Shown here: piece after piece, positions 55,215 to 64,000 of the stretch | Layout: each line of letters starts with the position of its first letter | Numbering within the stretch: the stretch's first letter is position 1 | Assembly: GCA_034780895.1 (NCBI GenBank) | Contig: JAUZTB010000064.1 | Span: forward strand, 64,355,405 to 64,419,404 | Reading direction: 5' to 3' | Source: Rhynchobatus australiae | Taxonomy: Eukaryota | Length of the DNA stretch: 64,000 nucleotides | The notes under the pieces: generated by a model | The model's input: only the letters and a program-made list of their open reading frames with translations | Told to the model about the DNA's origin: nothing | Database searches by the model: none | Program-made: the position numbers and the translations under genes

Positions 55215-55660
55215 ACACCAGGGCCAAAAAAGCTCACCAGCACCTCTACTTCCTCAGGAGGCTGAAGAAATATGGCATATCCCTTTTGACCCTCACCAAT
55301 TTTTATCGATGCACCATAGAAAGCATCCTATCTGGATACATTATGGCTTGGTATGGCAACTGCTGTGCCCATGACCACAAGAAACTGCAGAGAGTTGTGG
55401 ACACAGCTCATCACATCATGAACACCAGCCTCCCCTCCATGGGCTCTATCTATACTTCTCGCTGCCTTGGTAAAGCAGCCGCATAATCAAAGACCCCACC
55501 CACCCTGAACGTTCTCTCTTCACCGACCCCCCCCCCCCCCCCACAGCCCATTGGGCAGAAGATACAAAAGCCTGAAAGCATGTACCACCAGGCTCAAGGA
55601 CAGCTTCTATCCTGCTGTTACAAGACTCCTGAATCTACCTTGTTATGACCTTGCACCTTA
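55215..55660 (+). mobile_element. Rex1/Babar-type LINE 3' end (DUF1891-like)
   Basis: TLTNFYRCTIESILSGYIMAWYGNC...KKLQRVV. Confidence 0.85.
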
Positions 55661-55689
55661 GTGATACTATTGACACTACTAGGTGACTG

Positions 55690-55968
55690 TATCGCAGAAC
55701 AACTGCACTTACAGAGAAAGTGTAGTACAGGCAGACAATAAGGTGCAAGGTCATAACAAGGTAGATTGTGAGCTCAAGAGTCCATCTTATTGTACTATGG
55801 AACCATTCAGTAGTCTTATTACAGCAGGATAGAAGCTGTCCTTGAGCCTAGTGGTACATGCTTTCAGGGTTTTGTATCTTCTGCCCGATAGGTCGAGGGG
55901 GTGGTCATAAGAGAATATCCAGGGTGGGTGGGGTCTTTGATTATGCTGGCTGATTTACCAAGGCAGCA
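55690..55968 (-). mobile_element. Rex1/Babar-type LINE 3' end, inverted relative to the adjacent copy
   Basis: Reverse complement of 55476-55634 plus 3' UTR. Confidence 0.85.
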
Positions 55969-55969
55969 A

Positions 55970-56568
55970 GAAGCTTGCCAGTCACTTCAACTCCTCATCA
56001 CAAATATGTCAGTCCTCAGCCTCCTCCACTGCCTGGAGAAGTCCAAGCNNNNNNNNNNNNNNNNNNNNNNNNNNNNNNNNNNNNNNNNNNNNNNNNNNNN
56101 NNNNNNNNNNNNNNNNNNNNNNNNNNNNNNNNNNNNNNNNNNNNNNNNNNNNNNNNNNNNNNNNNNNNNNNNNNNNNNNNNNNNNNNNNNNNNNNNNNNN
56201 NNNNNNNNNNNNNNNNNNNNNNNNNNNNNNNNNNNNNNNNNNNNNNNNNNNNNNNNNNNNNNNNNNNNNNNNNNNNNNNNNNNNNNNNNNNNNNNNNNNN
56301 NNNNNNNNNNNNNNNNNNNNNNNNNNNNNNNNNNNNNNNNNNNNNNNNNNNNNNNNNNNNNNNNNNNNNNNNCCCCTTGTGCCCACCCCGCCTCCCCTCT
56401 TTTGTCCACCTATCATTGCTCTGCTTTTCCCTCCTACATATTGGGCTTCCCCTTTTCCTATCTTCGGTCCTGAAGAAGAGTCCTGATCCGAAACATTGAC
56501 CGCCTGCTTTTCTCCATGGATGCTGCCTGGCTCACTGAGTTCCTCCAGCATCATTGCGTTTTTCATCA
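55970..56568 (+). mobile_element. Penelope-like element 3' part: GIY-YIG C-terminal remnant plus pLTR with hammerhead core
   Basis: ASHFNS...NMSVLSLLHC remnant before the gap. After the gap, a pLTR with CTGAAGA...GAAA that is highly similar to 12824-13010. Confidence 0.75.
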
Positions 56569-56742
56569 CAATGGGCTGAATGGCCTTCTACGTCATAAGG
56601 AAATGTAAAGTATGAAAATTACATTCCAATTAAGTTTTATATGGGCAGCACAGAGAAATAATGGCACTATGCAAAATATCTGGGCCACTGGCTTACTTCA
56701 GGCAGGCAGCAGGTGGAATGCACCCACTGACAAACCTATTAC

Positions 56743-56802
56743 CTCAAAAAAAGGAGTAGATCTTCCTTGAGAACCTTTTCACATTGCAAATTGACCTGCT
56801 GT
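56743..56802 (-). CDS. LIMCH1: Candidate 60-nt LIMCH1 cassette exon C' (QQVNLQCEKVLKEDLLLFL), phase 2-2
   Basis: Acceptor TTCACTTTCTAACCACAG|, donor GAG|GTAATA. Length is divisible by 3, open, and in the same phase as its neighbours. No homology recalled. Confidence 0.5.
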
Positions 56803-56902
56803 CTGTGGTTAGAAAGTGAATAGGACAGTAAAAAGTAGTAAGCTAAATATATAATATACAGTATATGTATATATATTGGTTTGTAGGTGACTAAAGGCAC
56901 AC

Positions 56903-57211
56903 CTCTCCATTTTCTGCTCTTGTCTTTGTGAAGCTCCATTAGCTCTACATGAGGAATGCTTGATACTCGCCCAGAGCTCTCTATCCTTCTTTGTGCACGG
57001 TCTGGCTAAGAACTGATTGACCACTGCCTTGGGCTTGCACTGATGGAGCTGAGCCTTCCTCAGAGCGAAGTCATCTTTCTCAAGATCTGGAACTTTCTGT
57101 TCCTCCTCCTCGGACTCGGAATCGTCCTGATAGCTCATTAAAAATGTATTCTCCCTTCGGAGGATGATATCTGGACTGGTTTGCCCACTGCTTTCTTGCT
57201 GTTGTTTTTGT
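56903..57211 (-). CDS. LIMCH1: LIMCH1 cassette exon C (QKQQQ...DIILRRENTFL...PDLEKDDFALRK...KME), 309 nt, phase 2-2
   Basis: Open frame overlapping ORF 56809..57138. Resembles recalled 'DIVLRKENSFL...PDLEKDDFAARR'. Acceptor CCTCTGTGGTAG|, donor AG|GTGTGC. Confidence 0.9.
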
Positions 57212-59879
57212 CTACCACAGAGGTAAAAGGTTGTGAATATTTGTCATCTAAAAGAACGAAAAGCATTTTACAGCAAGGCAAAGAGTCTGTGCCATTAACA
57301 TCACTCACTAATCAAGAAGCCCAACCGTCAGTATTATAAAAGATTTTTCTTCGTCATGCCATTTTCCACAAACAGTCCTCTACAATTTTAACTCCACTTT
57401 CATGCTCAAGTGTTTTGTGGCACTGTACCACGACAAGCTTGGTTTTCCAAGATGCTGCAGCATTGCTGGTGCCTTGCACAGAGAGCAATTTAGAAAGTAT
57501 ATCACCAGTGATTTTCTGTCTTTGGCTTCCAGTTGAGCACCAGCAATTTCTTTTATTTGACAAGCTGTTTTCTGTCCATGGAATGCCACAAAATCTTGGA
57601 AAATTTTACTCCCGAGTTTCTTAGGACTCTTCAACGTTTGTTATGCAACTCACGGCTAAAACAAATTGTTAGGGTCTTGGTAATAGATGATGCAACCACT
57701 GATAACAGTTAGTGTCAATCAGTTAGAATTATACTAACTACATACAGGAATTCATTTCCCCACAACTGTTAATGAAATGCAGCCATCTGTCAATGTGATA
57801 AAGCACATGTGCTGCAATATACAAGGTATAGTTCAGTATCACCACAGGCTGAATCGTAGGGCACATCTGTGAACAAATGGTCCTTGAAATCTGATCTCAT
57901 CCAACAAAAGATAGGCAGGAGACAGGGTGATACTACATGTGTCTGTTCTTGGGAGCACAGGGACAATGACATTGATGTTTCATAATAATAAGGAAGGTGT
58001 TCAGCTTGTGTTACTAATTGAGGAGTAGGGTTGGGTGAGTGTGAGTAGGTGGGAAATTGTTGTCTCCAAATACCATTCAAACCCTTTCAGAACCTTTTAA
58101 AGGGATGGTACCCTGTGGCTGGAAACTGCAGAGAAATTTCAGAAACAGGATGGAGAGAGATTGAAAGTCTTCAGATGCTGTGCTGAGGAATGAGTCAAGA
58201 CAGTGGATAGGAGGAGTGAAATCCCTTATCCCACTGCAACTATCTCCCCACCCTGTCCCACAACCTCACCACCACTATCTCTTCCTGGCAGTACAAAGGC
58301 AAACCTCTACTAATTGTTGGAGAGTGTCACAGAAATGGTTAACAGCAGGAGCTGAACCATTGAGACATGTCTGCAATGCTAAAAATGTTTTAATTAACCT
58401 CAGCAGATTGTTAAGCTCAGACCAATGCTCAGACTTCGGGCTCACTTGCTCACCTTTATCTTCTACAATCATCATACTTCCACATGTACATTCCTACTCC
58501 AATATTGATATCTTGATTGTTGACCACACTGCAAATCTTTGCAGGTCCCTCCCCATACAGCCAAGGTTGTTTCCCTGAGCCCCTTCTCAAAACAATACCA
58601 TGGCGGTTTCTTACAAGAGAAGGAAGCGATGTCTCTCTCTCTCTCTCACAGACAGAAGAGAGAAGCTGGTTGGGAGTGCATGCCTTTGTTGGAAATGACA
58701 TGCAGGTTGTCTTTGGGGTTTAACCTCTTTCTCCTTGCCTATTTACATCTCATCCTATACGACCTGCATTACAAACTGTTGCTACTTTCACCATTGGATA
58801 ATGCAAGAAGAAAAGGGTAGTTTTCCTGTAGATGTGGTGGTCACTAAGATTGCCAAAGTACCAACTTTACAGGATAGGCTAAAAGAGAAGTTGTCATGTG
58901 GCAAGTCAGTAGCTACATGTGCAGAAGAAAGATGATAGGATGCCTCAATTGCCAGTTCCCAAAGACAAAAACATGTACTAGCTCTGTTACAAATGGTAAG
59001 AAGAGACTTCAAGAGCCCAAGCTACTGAGGAAGGTGGAGGGTAATTGATCAAGAAATTCTAGGTACATAGGGTGGCCTGCCAGCAAACTTAGTGCAGGAA
59101 AGAGCTCACTTCTAACTTTTCTTGTTCTGTCATGCAAAGCATAGCAACCATCCTGTCCATTGTGGGACATGGTCAGCTCCACAGACAGGACTATGATGAT
59201 CACAGAGCCTCTGCTGACAGCCCAGACAAGTTTTTGCCCAGCTATGCTTGGCTCCTAGGTCCAAAGTCAGACTCACTGGAAAACTCAACTGTAATGGAAA
59301 TAAACTGAAATAGCCCAGCACCAGCGCAAAGCTGTCCCCACAAGCAAGTATCCATGTGAAAGAGCTCAGAATATATACAACAAATGGCCTAGAAACATTA
59401 ATAAGCAGTTTATGAGTATTTAACTGTGACTAACCCAGATGGAATGGATAAGTCCTTTGAACAGAGCAGTTATTGACATCATTTGTATGGTGATTTTATC
59501 ATTAAAAAAATCAGATGCAGAGAGAGAGTTCAATGTCAAAAAAAGGCCCTATAAGAAACACAGCATCCTTATTTAAATACAACTTATATCAAACCAATCT
59601 AGTTTAGTACTTATGGCACAGAATAAACATGTGCATACGAGCACTACCACCACCTGGACCCTAAGGTGCCCATTGTATCCCTGTAATACAGGTGCAGCAC
59701 CATCAACTTTCAAGGTCCTAAAAACAGAGGAACTCCATTACTATTACTTTGTAAAAGATTTGTAGTTAATTTGCATATATAAATAATGCATAGAGAATAA
59801 CATATACTTGCTGGTACAAAGATTAATGTCCCTGAAAATTGAGTAAGGCTTGTCACAATACATGTGTTGACACTTTTAG

Positions 59880-60410
59880 GATGAAAGAATTCAAGAATCT
59901 GTGTAAACTATTGGTTCCCTTATTTAAGGAAGGATTTTAATGTTAGATGCAGTTCAGAGAAGACTTATTAATCAATATTTGGAGTGAACAGGTTGACTTA
60001 TGAGGAAGGATTGGATAGGCTATGTATGTACCTGCTAAGACTAGTGAAGGGTGGCTTCATTGAAACAACAAGATCACTTAGGATCTTGACAGGGTGGATG
60101 CAGAGAGATCAACTTGCGTCACTTCTAAAACTAAAGGGTAGGCCACTGACTACAGAGATAGCGATTTTTCTTTTAGATAGTCTTAATCCTTTGGAACTCT
60201 CTTCTTCAGAGGACGGTGGGAGCAGAGGCTATGATTATTTTAAGGCAGTGGTAGATACATTCTTGTTAAGCAAGAGGGGAACGGTTACAGTGGGTAGTCA
60301 GAAATGGGGAGCTGAGGTTGCAATCAGATCATCCACAACCTTATTAAAGGCAGACTGGGTTTGAGAGGCCGAGTGGTCGACCCTTGCTCCTAATTTGTAT
60401 GTTCGTATGT
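59880..60410 (+). mobile_element. Degenerate CR1 LINE 3' fragment
   Basis: Remnants of VQRR, LTYEEGLDRL and GGFIET motifs with a short-repeat tail (TATGTTCGTATGTT). Confidence 0.75.
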
Positions 60411-61550
60411 TCACACTACAGATTACTCTTTGGGATAGTTTCCAACTTTGTGATCCTGTGGAGAGTCATGTGTACCTGGATGTTTGAAACAAATCTGGTC
60501 AGATGGTGCTCAGCAATATCCTGAACATGGAACATCTATCCCAAAATCCCAAATGAACTCCCTACAGATGAAGCTCCATATGAGCATGAAGTTTACAAAG
60601 TTATCCTTCATATATAATAAATGAATATCTGCTGTTCATTTATGTGACAGCACCTTATTCCTCTCTGTTTATTTTGTAATGCATGTTTAGTTTCACTAAA
60701 GGCAATTTTCTGAATTCCTGTCTGCAAACCCATTCATTGGGAACATACTTTGGGAATCTGAGCACGTAAACTACACCCCCTCATTAATTTCCATGATTAT
60801 CATTTCCAATATGTGTCTTTGTGGCACAGTTCAGGGCCAGGAGGGAGAATGTGTACAAAATCCCTGTCATCTCCTGGACATGCCAAACCAAAATGTGCTA
60901 TTAAAGTGTATTTATTAATTGGTGATAGGGTTATGTTGCTATATCCGCAGAAATAAAAAAAAATCAATACTTCTATCGAACTGTTGGTTGTCTAGTGATA
61001 TCATGCCAAGATGAGTAAGCCTGCTCTGTAATCTTTGGATAAGTACAAAGCAGTGTCTTCAGTACAATCTACTGTGATTGAAGTATTCACACAGCATGTT
61101 ATTGAGCAAACTTGAATACAGTCATGCAGAAAATATTGCTTGATGTGTGTATGATGAATATGTCCAAAAATACAAAGCCAAATGAGTATCAGCCAGCATA
61201 CTGGGGTTACACACACACATTCCTCAGCCTCCTCACTTATTCCTATTATACCATGTCGAAGTCAATGATTCAAAATCATTACCTTAAAATTACCATTCGA
61301 TAACAAAATCTTTAAGGTGAATTTTCAATTTTTAAAAATTTTAAAAATATTTTAACTAATTGTCTTCAAATTTCATTAGATTGAGATCTACTAGTGGCGA
61401 ACTTAGTATTTCTCAGAAAGCTGTAATTTAATGACTAGTTATGGTTTACAAAATTCTCGAAGAACACCATGGTATAATAATAAAGCCCACTAAGCTAACA
61501 CATCATGCCTTTACTTCATCTCTATGAGAGCTCTACACCACACTGCTGAC

Positions 61551-61871
61551 CTGCGATATCTCTCAGATGCTGGCATGACTGTGATACCAGCTTTCTGAAT
61601 TCTTTTCAACTTCTTCACTTCTTCTTCATCTTTCCCCTCCCATCTTGTACTTTCTTTGGATGCTCTGTGCCCAGGGTCTTCTGCCAGACAAGCTTGTAAC
61701 TGGTTCTTGAGGCCACCAGCATCCTCAGCAGGAGCCAGTTCAAACTTTACTGCTGGCTTGGAATCATTAATCGCTTGAGATTTGGAAAATGTAGATGATG
61801 ACTCAGCAGAATCTTCACCCTGAGAGGATTCTTCACTGCGTTCTTCTTGTATAGGCTCAGGATGACTATGA
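61551..61871 (-). CDS. LIMCH1: LIMCH1 cassette exon B (SHSHPEPIQEE...KRIQKAGITVMPASERYR), 321 nt, phase 2-2
   Basis: Hand-translated and open throughout (no ATG, so absent from the ORF track). Resembles recalled long-isoform LIMCH1 'KRLEQAGIKVMPAAQRF'. Tandem acceptors TAG|TCATAG|, donor AG|GTCAGC. Confidence 0.88.
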
Positions 61872-62652
61872 CTATCGAGTTATACAAGATATATTAAGGG
61901 CAAAAATGCAATGGACTTTAATCACTTAATTTACATTATAAGTTACAGATTATCATAAACCATTTATATCAACAAATTTTATTCTTGATATCATTTGAGA
62001 TCATGACCTGTTATCCCAGATGTCAGCAGCCAACAGGGATGAACTCTTATATAATTATGATAGCAGCCAACTGAAGCCTAGCCAGAGCAGGAATTCCAAA
62101 ATGCTAAACCATGCAACCCAAATTTCTAACTTTTAAGTTGAAGGCAGATCTGTTTCACCAAATCTGAATAAAGATCAAATCCATCTCTTTGAAGGACAAC
62201 AGGCCANNNNNNNNNNTGTTATTTGGGAATTTTTCTCAAAAAAGCTGGGCCATGCTGAATACATCTAAACCTGTAACAATAAAATTCATTTGGCAGACTG
62301 ACACAAATTTACCACACAGTTCAACCATTTCCAAGTGCAGTCACATCAATTTCTGCCTTGCAGTTAAGAATTCATGAATGTGGCAAAGAACAATTTTCAG
62401 TGGGGGAAATATACACATGAGTGTTGTCTGCTTGTCAGTCACTAGAATAAACTGTTAAGATTTGTGAGATGACACAGTTTAGGAAGAGTATTTTGTGAAC
62501 CATTTCCATCAACTTGCAATCACTCAAAATATCAACAAGCTTAATGGAATCATATTAAAGTAGCACCATCAATGAACATCTGTTGGGGTTTTATGAATGT
62601 TACTTAATACCTGTAATTCATACAACATAATCTAATGATGTCAGTTACCCAC

Positions 62653-62905
62653 CTAAAAGGGCGTTCTGCTCCTACAGGTGAGGTGGTGTTGCTCCAACTC
62701 TTTCGGTAATTTTCTCCTCGCTCTGCTCGCTTTTTTCGGAGAGGTGCTGGCATGTAAGCTGTATGATTGTGCTTGTTGGGTAGATATTGGTTAAAAGGCA
62801 AGGATGATTTTGGTTCATTATAGGAAGATCGTCTGACTGACATGTCGTCTCGCTTTACATCAGGTGTCTTCTGTGTCACATCTGATTCAGAATCACTACC
62901 ACGAC
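62653..62905 (-). CDS. LIMCH1: LIMCH1 coding exon A ([26 protein letters not shown]...FNQYLPNK...[11 protein letters not shown]...ERPF), phase 1 to 2
   Basis: Translation closely matches recalled human LIMCH1 ([25 protein letters not shown]...[26 protein letters not shown]). Acceptor TTCCAAAAG|GT, donor AG|GTGGGT. Confidence 0.95.
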
Positions 62906-64000
62906 CTTTTGGAATACCCAAAAAAAAAGACATCAGCAATTGACCCATCACTTTGCTGTGACACATTTCAGCAATGCTTAAATGAAATTAGAAACCAGTG
63001 GATCCAAAAATCTAATCTGCCTCCTTTCAGACTCTAGCTAATTAAGCCCGATGATTGATACAATTTGTCCCCACTCACATTCTGTCCATTAAATATTGAA
63101 CCAACCTGAAATTTTTCTTTTTTTCTGGCTCTCTAAGAAGTGGCAAAAAAATGCCATCAGGAAGGATGGCAATCATTACTTCATAATAAAGGCTAATTAA
63201 ATGTATTCATCTCAGTTTCATTTTGCCTTTATCTCTTTGTAGGAAATTTCCTGGTCTTCTTCTAACAACTGCTCCTAACAACCCACTGGAAACCACAGTG
63301 GGAGGGCAGTCATATGCAAAGACTCAGGCCCTCTTCCTCCACAGTGCAGCACATTGCATCACTGGACCTTGACCAAGATGCTAGATAATGCAGTATTTCC
63401 TGATAAAACATTTGTTATGTACTTCTGAAGTCACAGGTGCATTCCATAATTTTTCTTGGTACTATTTCTTAAATCTATACTAACAAATAAATACAAAACC
63501 ATCCCTTCTAACATTAGGAATGTGCAGAGACTTATCAGGACTGCAAAATTTTAGTTATTAAGATTATATTCTTTTGATTTTTCTGCCTCCATTTGGACAG
63601 AGAAAGATGGCAGTCGATTTAATAAAGGTTTATAAAATGTAAAAAGCACAAGTAAATTGAAGGAACTATTTCCCAAAATGAGAGGCCAGGAATCAGGGAG
63701 CACAGAATAGCAGAAGGATTTGCCTGGGCGTTTTCGAGAGAGTGTATTGTGGTAGTCTTGAATTCATGGCCTGAAAGATTGGAAGAGCTAGAAATGCACA
63801 GCATATTTAAAAAGCACTTGGATATGCATCAGTAATTTCTTTGAAATCACAGAACTTTTGGGACAAAGTAATTCAATCCATTGTGTTTAGGCTGGTTAAA
63901 GTATTATCTCCAAAGCACAGTAGTTATGGCACTCCACAGGTAAAGGGATGATCAATGTTTTGGGTTGAGATCCTGCATCAGGACTGAGAGTGTAGAGGAA

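Noticed and set aside
1353-56569. Long ORF-track entries spanning N runs (e.g. 1353..1820, 45181..45936, 55901..56473)
   Set aside because: They are open only because Ns contain no stops. Their flanks are intron or repeat sequence.
57790-59340. Cluster of short overlapping ORFs
   Set aside because: Probably a highly decayed retroelement (a WKYDD-like remnant is present). There is no intact domain or phase-2 exon.
627-62905. Calling the gene LMO7, the paralogue that shares DUF4757
   Set aside because: Peptides such as [16 protein letters not shown], [10 protein letters not shown] and LEMPKxLERS match recalled LIMCH1. No PDZ-coding exons occur where LMO7 would have them.
1-64000. CRISPR array, tRNA/rRNA genes, operon-like or prokaryotic defence system
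   Set aside because: There is no regularly spaced repeat-spacer array. The tRNA-like segments are SINE heads, and the sequence is a spliced vertebrate gene.

Overview
This is vertebrate genomic DNA, AT-rich and intron-dominated. The repeat set (V-SINE and DeuSINE, CR1, RTE, Rex1/Babar, Penelope, Harbinger) points to a cartilaginous fish, probably a ray, from a gapped draft assembly. The whole window lies inside one minus-strand gene, LIMCH1. I traced 21 coding exons (one of them a candidate) with GT-AG boundaries and consistent reading phase, from 62905 (GSDSESD...ERPF) down to about 627 (...MMDRKK). The CH and LIM domain exons lie outside the window. The only phase break is explained by an exon hidden in the N-gap at 1454-1695. 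The most interesting structure is a block of symmetric phase-2 cassette exons at 41772-61871, apparently orthologous to the mammalian muscle-specific LIMCH1 insert. Four of these exons, plus the exon just upstream, each carry one copy of a shared 'PDxxKDDxxxRR...F.P..T..D...W' module. Other points of interest: candidate microexons, Rbfox/QKI/MBNL-type motifs, inverted Rex1 repeats able to form dsRNA around the cassette exons, Penelope repeats with minimal hammerhead ribozyme cores, and a decayed Harbinger transposon. I found no prokaryote-type system (CRISPR, operon) and cannot claim a wholly new system. Homology calls rest on recalled sequences, not on searches.
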